Shown here: in pieces, positions 1 to 8,670 of the stretch
How positions within the stretch are numbered: the first letter of the stretch is position 1
Layout of the letters: every line of letters starts with the position of its first letter
Assembly: GCA_002717245.1 (NCBI GenBank)
Contig: PBCY01000018.1
Coordinates: 1,135-65,134, forward strand
Direction: 5' to 3'
Origin: Pelagibacteraceae bacterium
GTDB taxonomy: Bacteria; Pseudomonadota; Alphaproteobacteria; GCA-002720895
Length of the DNA stretch: 64,000 bases
Made by a program: the position numbers and the translations under genes
Notes under the pieces: generated by a model
The model's database searches: none
Seen by the model: only the letters and a program-made list of their open reading frames with translations
What the model was told of the DNA's origin: nothing

Positions 1-2
1 TT

Positions 3-350
3 TTTGAAAAAGCAAAATATTGGTTAAATAAAATAAGTTTAACTTTTAAAAATAATGAATTTCAATATTTACTATTATTAAGATTAATTCCGATACCTTT
101 TATTATTCAAAATGCAATTACTGTTTTATTAAATATTTCTGCAAAAAAATTTTTCTTTGCAACCTTGTTAGGCGTTATACCTTATGCAGTAATTTATTCA
201 TTAGCCGGTTTGCAATTAAGGAAAGTTATTGATAAAAGTGAATTTATAACAATAAAAGATATTTTAAATTATGAAAATTTTTTTGTAGTTTTTTTGTTAA
301 TATTTCTTATTTTAATGTCGATATTTTTTAAAAAAAAATTAATTAAATGA
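3..350 (+). CDS. TVP38/TMEM64 (SNARE-associated, DedA-related) family membrane protein, C-terminal part; ORF is open to the left window edge
   Basis: The frame starting at nt 3 has no stop. It translates to ...LLLRLIPIPFIIQNAITVLLNISAKKFFFATLLGVIPYAVIYSLAGLQL..., typical of this family. The 61-aa track ORF (165..350, TTG) is only its tail. Confidence 0.55.
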   Translation, partial: FEKAKYWLNKISLTFKNNEFQYLLLLRLIPIPFIIQNAITVLLNISAKKFFFATLLGVIPYAVIYSLAGLQLRKVIDKSEFITIKDILNYENFFVVFLLIFLILMSIFFKKKLIK

Positions 351-1186
351 TAAAAAATCTTTTTAACAAACTTTTTCAATTTTTTTACGCTACAAATAAA
401 AGTGAAGTAGTATTGCAATCTAAATTAAGACAAGAAATAAACTTTATAAAAAAGAGAGAATTTGAAAGAGATAATAAAAATTTAATTCCATTTGGTTATA
501 AAGTTTTTTCACAAACTGATGAAGATGGGATAATAAATGAAATCTTTAAAAGAATTGGCACAACTAATAAACAATTTTTAGAGTTTGGTGTAAATACTGA
601 TTTTAATAACACCACATATCTATTATTTAATGGTTGGAAAGGAGTATGGTTAGAGTCATCCAAAAAAAAAATTATAAAAATTGAAGAAAAGTATTCGTCT
701 TTTATTAAAAATAAAAAATTAAAGTTATTTAATAAAATTATTACTGCAGAGAATGTAAATGAAGAACTTAAATTTTCAAAACTCAATAAAAATTTAGATT
801 TATTATCTATAGATATAGATGGAAATGAATTATATGTTTTAAATGAACTAAGAATTATAAATCCTAGAGTTATTATTGTTGAATATAATGCTAAATTCCC
901 TCCACCAGTTGAAAAAACAATTAAGTACGATCCAAAATTTATTTGGGATTATGATGATTATTTTGGTTCTTCATTACAACTTTTAGAAAATACTTTGAAA
1001 AAAATAGGTTATGTATTAGTAGGGTGTAATGCGTTAGGAGTTAATGCATTTTTTATAAAAAAAGAATTGGTAAAAAATAAATTTCCAAAAAATTCTACCG
1101 CACAGTTTCATTATCAAGAATTTCGTATTGGGTTAAATAATATTAAATCTTCTCATATTAATAGCAATAAATGGTTGAATGAATGA
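347..1186 (+). CDS. FkbM-like methyltransferase-fold protein
   Basis: The segments FSQTDEDGIINEIF...FLEFGV and DLLSIDIDGNELYVL...IIVEYN parallel the FkbM-type ORF at 62041 (SQDLF...FVEFGA, IDYLSIDTEGSEYLIL...ITIEHN). Its start overlaps the upstream stop (ATGA). Confidence 0.45.
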   Translation: MIKNLFNKLFQFFYATNKSEVVLQSKLRQEINFIKKREFERDNKNLIPFGYKVFSQTDEDGIINEIFKRIGTTNKQFLEFGVNTDFNNTTYLLFNGWKGVWLESSKKKIIKIEEKYSSFIKNKKLKLFNKIITAENVNEELKFSKLNKNLDLLSIDIDGNELYVLNELRIINPRVIIVEYNAKFPPPVEKTIKYDPKFIWDYDDYFGSSLQLLENTLKKIGYVLVGCNALGVNAFFIKKELVKNKFPKNSTAQFHYQEFRIGLNNIKSSHINSNKWLNE

Positions 1187-2352
1187 GATTTTTAAAAGAA
1201 CTTATAAATAAAATTGATATTAAAAATATAATTTTTTTTAGTCTTTTAATAAGATTTTTATTTTTAATTTTTTTTGATTTACCAAATTTTGGAGATACTC
1301 AAACTCACAAACAAATTGGCGAAGAAATTTTTAGTGGCAACATAATATTTTCCTCTATCCACATGCCTGGTTATGGGATTTATATGCATATCTCAAATCT
1401 ATTAATGAAATCAAATTTTGGTGTTATCTTTTTTGATATAATATTATCTTGCTCTACCGTTTATATTATTTATCAAATCTCAAAAAAAATATTTAATGAT
1501 ATTAATATTGCTAAGATTTCAGCAATAATTTATTCAATATATCCTTTTTCAATTTTTTTTTCATTAAGTAGCTTAAATGAAAATTTATATATTTTTTTAT
1601 TATTTTCTTCAATTTGGTTTTTTTATAATAATAAATATTTATACGGAGTAATTTTCATAATTATAAGCATTTATGTTAAATCTATATCTTTTTTTATAGC
1701 TCCTATTTTAATTTTAAGTTTTTTATTTTTTTCAAAGAATTATTCTTCTAAAAACTTACTTAAATATATTTCAATTTATATTATTACTTTGTCTTTTTTA
1801 ATGACCCCTTGGTGGATTCATAATTTTAAGAAGTACGATACTTTTATACCGACCAATCTTTCTTATGGATATCATTTGTATTCAGGAAATAATGAAATGA
1901 ACAAAACAGGTGGAGGTATTGGTGGAAAAGATGTTAGTCATAAACTTATTTTAGATTCTCTTGAACATGATTATTTTAAAGCAGATAAAGTTTTTAAAGA
2001 ACATGCATATAATTACATAAAAAATAACCCGATGGAATTTGTGGGTATAACTTTTACAAAGTTACTAAGATTCTGGAGTTTTTATCCTGCAGATGAAAAG
2101 TATAGTAATTTTTTTTATAAATTTACTTCAATTTTTAGTTATGGTCCTATATTTTTTCTAAGTTTAATTTTTATATTCTTTTATTCGAGAAATTATATAA
2201 GAGAAATAATACCTTTAATTACAACATTATTTTTATTTACTGCTATATACAGTTTAACTATTGTTTCAATTAGATACAGATTCCCTATAGAACCTATATT
2301 AATTATCTTGTCTTCATATAGTTTAAAAAAAATATTATTTAGCTTGAAATAA
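1183..2352 (+). CDS. Polytopic GT-C fold glycosyltransferase (GT39/GT83, ArnT/PMT-like)
   Basis: 389 aa with many hydrophobic helices. An N-terminal loop precedes the helices, as in ArnT/PMT-type enzymes. It lies in a glycan-gene context. Confidence 0.55.
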   Translation: MRFLKELINKIDIKNIIFFSLLIRFLFLIFFDLPNFGDTQTHKQIGEEIFSGNIIFSSIHMPGYGIYMHISNLLMKSNFGVIFFDIILSCSTVYIIYQISKKIFNDINIAKISAIIYSIYPFSIFFSLSSLNENLYIFLLFSSIWFFYNNKYLYGVIFIIISIYVKSISFFIAPILILSFLFFSKNYSSKNLLKYISIYIITLSFLMTPWWIHNFKKYDTFIPTNLSYGYHLYSGNNEMNKTGGGIGGKDVSHKLILDSLEHDYFKADKVFKEHAYNYIKNNPMEFVGITFTKLLRFWSFYPADEKYSNFFYKFTSIFSYGPIFFLSLIFIFFYSRNYIREIIPLITTLFLFTAIYSLTIVSIRYRFPIEPILIILSSYSLKKILFSLK

Positions 2353-2379
2353 GTTATTTTTTATACTATTTTTTAGTTT

Positions 2380-2493
2380 GCCGGTGGTTATTGCGGGAGG
2401 CTCCCACCCGATCCCATTCCGAACTCGGTAGTGAAACTTCCCAGCGCCGATGGTACCTTATCTTAAGATACGGAAGAGTAGGTCGCTGCCGGT
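2380..2493 (+). rRNA. rrf: 5S ribosomal RNA
   Basis: The sequence gccggtggtt...cccacccgatcccattccgaactcggtagtgaaac...cagcgccgatggtac...agagtaggtcgctgccggt matches conserved alphaproteobacterial 5S blocks. The two ends pair as helix I. A T-run follows. Confidence 0.9.
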
Positions 2494-2550
2494 TTTTTTT
2501 TTAATACAAAACAATTCTTTTTTAATTTAAAATAGCTATACTTTAATTAC

Positions 2551-2627
<77 letters not shown>

Positions 2628-2706
2628 AATTAAATAATTTTAAATTTTTATTAATTTAATCATATAAAATCTTATATATTTAATAAGTAAAATTCTAAAA
2701 TTTTGT

Positions 2707-4437
2707 ATGTTTAGTAAAATTGGTCAAACTATAAAAGATTTATCTTTAACTAAAAATAAATCTTTCAATATTTCAGGAAAAGACCCTGGCTATCATGTTC
2801 ATGATGATATTTTTTATAAAATTAATAATGATAAAAAAGTTGAGTGGGTAATTAATAGAACTTGTGATCATGCAGGAGGAATGTTGATGTATAATCCTAA
2901 AGTTTTAGGAGATTGCATAGCAAAATGTCCAAATCATGGGTGGAAACTTGATTTAAAAAATCTGAGATATAAAAATGTTAATGTAAAAAAAAAAAAGATA
3001 AAATTTACACAAAAAAAAAATAAAGTTACTTATAAAAATGGTAAATTTTTTGTCGATTTACCAAAAAAAATAAAAAATACAAAACCAAAAGTAAAAATAC
3101 GTTTTTTAGCACATGCATGCATTTCTATTGATATTGATGGTTTTAAAATAGTTACTGATCCATGGTTAATAGGTCCTTGTTTCAATAATGGATGGTGGCA
3201 TAAATATCCACCTAAGTCAGATTCTTTTAAAATTTTAAAAGATGCAGATTTAATATATATATCTCATAATCACCCGGATCATTTACATCCAGAAACACTA
3301 AAATTTTTAAAAAATAAAAAAATGATTACCCCAAATTTTTCTTCTAAATCATCACAAAAAATGCTGAAAGCAATAGGTTGTAAAAACATAAATGCTTTAA
3401 ATTTTCAAGACGTATTTAAAATTAATTCAAAGAACATATTTTTTACTATATTTAAGTCAGGAGATTTTAGAGAAGACTCAGGGTTATTTATAAAATCAGG
3501 AGAATTTTCTGTTTTACTAGCTGTAGATTCAAAATTTCTAAATGGTGGGAATTTACCTAAAGAATCAACTGTTTTTTTAAGCTCTTTCGCAACCGGAGCC
3601 TCTGGGTTTCCGTTGTGTTTTTCAAATTATTCTAAAAATGAAAAAAAGAAAATTTTAAGAAACACAAGAATATCAAAAAGTATTGAAATAGAAATGATAT
3701 TAAAAAATTTGAACACAAAATTTTTTTTACCATACGCAGGATTTTTTGAAGAATCTTCAATAAGGGACAAATATATAAAGAATAATAATGCAAAAAATTC
3801 TATAGACGATATAAAAAAAAGACTAAATAAAAAGTATCCAAAAGTTAAAGTTCTTAATCCTATAGAATTTGATGAATATTTTTTTCAAGGAAATAAATTA
3901 ATCGAAAGAAAGAAAATTATTTATAGAAAACTTTATAAAGTTAATAAAAAATATATTTCTTCATACATAGATACAATCAAACAAAATTACAAAAATTTTA
4001 ATGAAAAAAAAGTAATTTCATATTTTAAGAAATCAAAGTTTAAAGATAAATTAAAACTTTTTTTAGAATTAACTGACGATAACTTTAAATCTAATAAAAA
4101 TGGTTATTTAGTAGATTTTACTTCAAATACGGTACAAGTCAAAAAGCTTAAAAGCTCAATGTTAAATAAATTGTTTAAAAATTTTAATTATGAAGAAAAA
4201 ATAAATTATTTAAATTTAAAGGTTAGAAAAGAGTCTTTTTTTATGACTGTTGATAATTTTTTACCATTTGAAGATTTGTTAATAGGATTTCAATGTAGAG
4301 TAAATAGAATTCCTAACTTATATAATAATAATTTTTGGCATTATTTTTCTAATGTTTATGTTGCACGAAAACATTTTAGATCTGAAAAAATTTGTTTTAG
4401 TTGTGATACTTTGAATCAAACTATTTTAAATTTATAA
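2707..4437 (+). CDS. CMP-N-acetylneuraminate hydroxylase (CMAH)-like protein: N-terminal Rieske [2Fe-2S] domain plus metallo-beta-lactamase-fold domain
   Basis: It carries the Rieske motif CDHAGGM...CPNHGW. Blocks along the whole length match my recollection of vertebrate CMAH: DPWLIGP, GWW, ADLIYISHNHPDH, GASGFP, PYAGFFEES..DKYIK, YLVDF, LIGFQ..FWHYF. At 576 aa it is close to the animal enzyme in size. Confidence 0.78.
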   Translation: MFSKIGQTIKDLSLTKNKSFNISGKDPGYHVHDDIFYKINNDKKVEWVINRTCDHAGGMLMYNPKVLGDCIAKCPNHGWKLDLKNLRYKNVNVKKKKIKFTQKKNKVTYKNGKFFVDLPKKIKNTKPKVKIRFLAHACISIDIDGFKIVTDPWLIGPCFNNGWWHKYPPKSDSFKILKDADLIYISHNHPDHLHPETLKFLKNKKMITPNFSSKSSQKMLKAIGCKNINALNFQDVFKINSKNIFFTIFKSGDFREDSGLFIKSGEFSVLLAVDSKFLNGGNLPKESTVFLSSFATGASGFPLCFSNYSKNEKKKILRNTRISKSIEIEMILKNLNTKFFLPYAGFFEESSIRDKYIKNNNAKNSIDDIKKRLNKKYPKVKVLNPIEFDEYFFQGNKLIERKKIIYRKLYKVNKKYISSYIDTIKQNYKNFNEKKVISYFKKSKFKDKLKLFLELTDDNFKSNKNGYLVDFTSNTVQVKKLKSSMLNKLFKNFNYEEKINYLNLKVRKESFFMTVDNFLPFEDLLIGFQCRVNRIPNLYNNNFWHYFSNVYVARKHFRSEKICFSCDTLNQTILNL

Positions 4438-5813
4438 TTTTTTATTTTTTTTTTAAAATTCTTTAATCCAAGAATTGTTATTATAAAAAGAAATGGTTCC
4501 ATAGGAATTCTATATCTAAAATTTCCAATACCTATTGTTGTTACTAAGAAGCTTAAACTAACTAGCGTTAAAAAAATTATTACCCAAATATTTTTTTTAT
4601 TATAAAAACTTATATGGAATATAGAGTACAATTGAAAAAATCTTAAAAAAAATAATGATATTTGAAATATAAACCAAATAACATGATATGCTTTTATTTC
4701 AAAATCTGTTTTTGAATAGGATTTATAAGAAAATTCGGAATACTTAACACCGTGTTTTTGTAGAATTGATATAACAGATGTATGAAATAAAGTTTTTATA
4801 TATGAACCAGTAACAGAAGTTATTATTTGTTCTTTTTCAATATCTTCATTCAAAAGTTTAATAAATAATTCTGTTTGTATATCAGATTCAATTATAGATT
4901 TTTTATGCTTGTTACCAGAAGACTCTATTTCAATTAAATCTTTATTTTTTTCAAAAGCTTCTTCTTGTAAATTTAAAGCTTTTTTAAGAGCTATTTTATT
5001 TCTTTCACCACAACCCCATTTATTAGATAAACATGGGTAAACATATTGCAAAAGATGCCCACCTTTTTGGTAGGTTAGATTTAGCTTATTTGTATTTAAA
5101 TAATTATAATAATAAATAGGGGAAGCTAATAAATAAATTATTATTAATGGAATAGTTGAAAATATTAAGCTTCTTAAAAAATTAGATTTATTTCTAAAAA
5201 AAAATATTAAAAAAACAAATAAAGATATAGAAGTAGGTAAAAATATAGCAGATGGTTTGGTTATATAAGACAATCCAAAGAAAAATGAACTAAAAATTAA
5301 ATATTTAATAAGGTTTTTTTTAATTAGAAAGACAAGCATAAAATAAATTCCTAAAGCAATAAATAAAACCATTAAAGTTTCTGGAAGAATTATTCCGGTT
5401 TGCCAAAAAATATTTGGATTAAGAGCAATTAAAAAGAAACTGATTAAAAAAAATTTTTTTGTAAACAGTTCAACAGTTTTTAATAAAACTACAGTTGTAA
5501 TTCCATGGATAAAACATTGGAATAATAAAATAGATAAATAGTTATTTTCTCCAAAGATTTTAAATAAAAAAGATATTAACAGAGGATAGGTAGGTAATCT
5601 GGCTGATAATGAATTAAAAAATTCTATAAACGATGCTTCATTGTTTAGTGTTAAAGCTGGTCTTATATAATCTAAACTTTCGTAGTTTTTGTCTAATATA
5701 TTAAAATTTATGTTTAAATATAGAGTTAATAAAGAAGATAAAGTAAAGCTTATTAGGAAAACGAAAAAAAATTTTTTTTTTTTTATTTTTTCTAAATTTA
5801 TAATTTTATTCAT
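4416..5813 (-). CDS. Polytopic GT-C fold glycosyltransferase (GT39/GT83, ArnT/PMT-like)
   Basis: 465 aa with about 10 or more TM helices. The ArnT-like N-terminal region reads RLPTYPLLISFLFKIFGENNY. The middle holds a soluble loop. The 3' end overlaps the convergent CMAH-like gene by 22 nt. Confidence 0.55.
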   Translation of the reverse strand: MNKIINLEKIKKKKFFFVFLISFTLSSLLTLYLNINFNILDKNYESLDYIRPALTLNNEASFIEFFNSLSARLPTYPLLISFLFKIFGENNYLSILLFQCFIHGITTVVLLKTVELFTKKFFLISFFLIALNPNIFWQTGIILPETLMVLFIALGIYFMLVFLIKKNLIKYLIFSSFFFGLSYITKPSAIFLPTSISLFVFLIFFFRNKSNFLRSLIFSTIPLIIIYLLASPIYYYNYLNTNKLNLTYQKGGHLLQYVYPCLSNKWGCGERNKIALKKALNLQEEAFEKNKDLIEIESSGNKHKKSIIESDIQTELFIKLLNEDIEKEQIITSVTGSYIKTLFHTSVISILQKHGVKYSEFSYKSYSKTDFEIKAYHVIWFIFQISLFFLRFFQLYSIFHISFYNKKNIWVIIFLTLVSLSFLVTTIGIGNFRYRIPMEPFLFIITILGLKNFKKKIKNYKFKIV

Positions 5814-5871
5814 TTTAAACTTTAACTTTTATTTGATATATTTTATATCACTTTAAATTTTCTATTACACA

Positions 5872-7191
5872 ATGATTTTATACTCAAAATTTACGCCTAA
5901 TGAAAATAATAATTTTTATTTTAAAAAATATCTTTTTATTTCAATTATAACTTATTTTTTAACAATTTTTTTTTTAAGTTATTTGCTATCAATTGATGTT
6001 AATCAATTTTGGTTTTTTTTAGGGGTTCCTGCTAAAGAAAAAATTTTTTCAGATATTTATCCTTTTTTTGTAACTAGTGATTGTAAGTTAATTAGTAATA
6101 CTCTAACTGACTATTATGATCAGTTTAGGAGTTGTGACCCATGGAATAGAATATTTAATTATATGCCTATATGGCTCAATTTTCTTAAAATGGGTATTAA
6201 TCTAAAATATTTATATTTTTTTGGGATCCTATTCGTTTTATTGTTTTATTTTAGTCTTTTTAAATTAATTAATATTAAAACAAAGAAAAATTTCTATATT
6301 TATTTATTTTTAATTTTGTCACCTGTAACAATGCTTGCAGTTGAAAGAGGTAATAGTGATTTATTAATTTTTAGTTTAGTTTTATTTTTTTTATATTTAT
6401 GTAGATTTGATAATATCTATAAAGTTTTTTTTGGATACTTAATTTTATTTACTGCAGCGTTAATTAAGTTTTATCCTATATTTGCAGTTTTTGTTTTCTT
6501 TAAAAAGAACTTTTACAACAAAATTTTTTCTTTAATAACTTTCATATTATTTATTTTTTATTTTATTTTTAATTTTGATCAAATTAATTTAATTAAACAA
6601 AATACATTAGAATCTCCTTTTTTTTCTTATGGTTATAACGTTTTTGAAGCTAATTTATTTAATTTTTATAATAAAATTGAAGCTTATAGAGATTTTTTTT
6701 TAAATTTTGATATAAGTTTGATTTCTTTAAGAGAAACAATTGATCCTTTTATATTTCCATTAGAATTAAAAAATAATAACTTTATTATTTCTAAAATATT
6801 TTTTATTTCGTCAATTCTTTTATTAGTAATTATTTTTTTTAAAAAAAAGAGAAATATCATTAATTATAAATTAATTAATTATAATAATTCTTATCCAGAA
6901 ATGATTGCAGGAGCATTTATTTTTTCTGGAAGTTTTATTTTAGGTGCTAATTGGGATTATAGATTAATTTTTTTACTTTTAGTAATTCCATATTTAACAT
7001 CTATCTCTTCTACTGAAAAAAAATATTCTAGATTTATTATTTTAGTAATTCTTTTTGTTTTTTGGTTAAGCCCTATCTCTATTTTTCTTTTTGGAATTGA
7101 TGAAGTTTTTTTATGGTTAATTTTTGTTTTTTTATCTTTTTTAGTTATCAATCATACTTTTTTTTGTTTCTTTCCAAAATTAGTTAAATAA
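5872..7191 (+). CDS. Polytopic inner-membrane protein, possible GT-C glycosyltransferase or polymerase/ligase-like protein
   Basis: 439 aa, highly hydrophobic throughout, with no soluble catalytic motif I can recognise. It is adjacent to GT-C-like genes. Confidence 0.3.
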   Translation: MILYSKFTPNENNNFYFKKYLFISIITYFLTIFFLSYLLSIDVNQFWFFLGVPAKEKIFSDIYPFFVTSDCKLISNTLTDYYDQFRSCDPWNRIFNYMPIWLNFLKMGINLKYLYFFGILFVLLFYFSLFKLINIKTKKNFYIYLFLILSPVTMLAVERGNSDLLIFSLVLFFLYLCRFDNIYKVFFGYLILFTAALIKFYPIFAVFVFFKKNFYNKIFSLITFILFIFYFIFNFDQINLIKQNTLESPFFSYGYNVFEANLFNFYNKIEAYRDFFLNFDISLISLRETIDPFIFPLELKNNNFIISKIFFISSILLLVIIFFKKKRNIINYKLINYNNSYPEMIAGAFIFSGSFILGANWDYRLIFLLLVIPYLTSISSTEKKYSRFIILVILFVFWLSPISIFLFGIDEVFLWLIFVFLSFLVINHTFFCFFPKLVK

Positions 7192-8526
7192 ATTTTTCGT
7201 TTTGTTTATAAACCATCTTAAAGGTTTAGTAATTTTCCATGAAGTTGAAGTTTTTATTTCTTCTAATTCATAATATGATCCAAATGCTGCGCTGCTAAAC
7301 ATAGGTATAGCTTCTTTCCAAACAATATTTTTTTGTTCGTTATCTAAATTTAATTTATAAATATTTCCTGTCAATCTATCTGATAAATATATAACACCTT
7401 TTATTGAAGACATAGAATGCGGGTGAATTTCATCAACATCATTTAATATTTCAGATCCATGCCATATATTATTAATTTTTTTTAATCCAAAAACTTGACC
7501 ATTACACCAATCTGTAAATATGTATGAGTTATTTAAATTCTTATTTTTACCTCTGTACATTCCTCCTCCAATAACTGAACATCCTCCCATTCCATGACTA
7601 TATTCTATTACTGGCCAGTCTATATTACTTTTATAACAAGGGATATTATTTTTAGATATTTTACAATGTGTACCTTCAGTCATAGGATAACCATAATTAT
7701 GTCCTCCTTTACTAGAATTATTTTGGAAATTTATTTCTTCCCAAGACGAATCTCCAGTATCTGTTATATATAAATCACCAGTTATATTATCAAAATGAAG
7801 AGATGATTTTGCTGGGTTTCTTAGTCCATATGACCAAATCTCTTTTTTTGCATCTTTTATATCAATGAAAGGATTATCATTAGGGATTTTGTATTTTGAT
7901 TTGTGATCACCAACATCTATTCTTAATATTTTACCCCATAAATTTGACAGATCTTGAGCAAGCGCCGTGTCTTCAGTTTGATTAAACTCACCTGCTACAG
8001 AACCGATTGCTATATATAGAAAGTTATCTTTAGGGCTAAATTCTAATTGCCCGGCATGATGAGCAGTTGTATTTTTTTCTAATTTAAATAATATTTCTTC
8101 AGTTTCAGGTAATACCTTTTTAAGATCATTTGATATATTAAACCTACTTATTATTAAAAAATTACCATCATCTTCTTTTTTTGGAATTGTATAAGAAACA
8201 TAAACTTTTTTAGTTTCTTCAAGATTTTTTGGAAATGCTAAATCTAACAAACCCTCTTCATGGTCTGAGTAAGATTCATTTCTTAGTTTATGTTTAATAT
8301 CTAAAAAAATTTCTTTTTCATACTTTTCATTAACAACTTTATATGCTTTTCCTTCATATCTGCTTATTACATAAAAATTGCTTGAGTTTTTATTTTCTTC
8401 AATAATGCTAGAATATTTTGCGAATCCATTTAAAATTTTTTCTATTTTAAAGCTTAGTTCTTCAGCATTTACATCACTGTATAAAAGACAAAATAATGGT
8501 AAATATTTAATAATTGAAGTTTTCAT
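7180..8526 (-). CDS. Secreted beta-propeller protein of the PQQ-dependent sugar (glucose/sorbosone) dehydrogenase-like family
   Basis: It has a signal-like N-terminus (LPLFCLLYSDVNA). Family-like blocks are HHAGQLEFSPKDNFLYIAIG, GKILRIDV, NPF, EIWSYGLRNP and GGxNYGYP. It is a paralogue of 39936..41336. Confidence 0.6.
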   Translation of the reverse strand: MKTSIIKYLPLFCLLYSDVNAEELSFKIEKILNGFAKYSSIIEENKNSSNFYVISRYEGKAYKVVNEKYEKEIFLDIKHKLRNESYSDHEEGLLDLAFPKNLEETKKVYVSYTIPKKEDDGNFLIISRFNISNDLKKVLPETEEILFKLEKNTTAHHAGQLEFSPKDNFLYIAIGSVAGEFNQTEDTALAQDLSNLWGKILRIDVGDHKSKYKIPNDNPFIDIKDAKKEIWSYGLRNPAKSSLHFDNITGDLYITDTGDSSWEEINFQNNSSKGGHNYGYPMTEGTHCKISKNNIPCYKSNIDWPVIEYSHGMGGCSVIGGGMYRGKNKNLNNSYIFTDWCNGQVFGLKKINNIWHGSEILNDVDEIHPHSMSSIKGVIYLSDRLTGNIYKLNLDNEQKNIVWKEAIPMFSSAAFGSYYELEEIKTSTSWKITKPLRWFINKTKNLFN

Positions 8527-8623
8527 TTAATTTAAAAGTACTTTATTTATTTAATTAATATTAAAAAATAATATAGTTATTTTTTTTATTTTTTTCTTGT
8601 ATTAAAAGCATTTATAGTTAAAT

Positions 8624-8661
8624 TGTTCATTATATGAACATTATTGTTCATAATATGAATA
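8624..8661. promoter_or_regulatory. Candidate operator: two tandem inverted repeats, TGTTCAT-N3-ATGAACA then TGTTCAT-N3-ATGAATA
   Basis: Read directly at 8624-8640 (perfect 7+7 palindrome) and 8645-8661 (one mismatch). The centres are 21 bp apart, and the array ends 10 nt before the ATG of the winged-helix regulator. Confidence 0.4.
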
Positions 8662-8670
8662 CATGTAATT

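Noticed and set aside
165-350. A stand-alone 61-aa ORF starting at TTG 165.
   Set aside because: The same frame is open back to nt 3 and encodes a continuous TVP38/TMEM64-like sequence. The ORF is the tail of a gene truncated by the window edge.
496-786. Short antisense or alternate-frame ORFs of 60-133 aa from the six-frame track. Their start coordinates are: 496, 6957, 12486, 12744, 13422, 13761, 15995, 18100, 19166, 19416, 21773, 24124, 29253, 31310, 31674, 32155, 34029, 37248, 38644, 41937, 42407, 44791, 47146, 50323, 50938, 53976, 62133 and 63268.
   Set aside because: Each lies entirely inside a longer ORF that has clear family motifs. Their translations are low-complexity Phe/Leu/Ile/Lys strings, as expected from the reverse complement of AT-rich coding DNA. 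None has a recognisable motif or its own intergenic context.
2494-2505. The T-run after the 5S rRNA as an intrinsic terminator.
   Set aside because: It is plausible, since 5S helix I followed by U residues could terminate. However, T-runs are everywhere in this DNA, and tRNA-fMet follows 50 nt later and may be co-transcribed. The evidence is not sufficient to annotate it.
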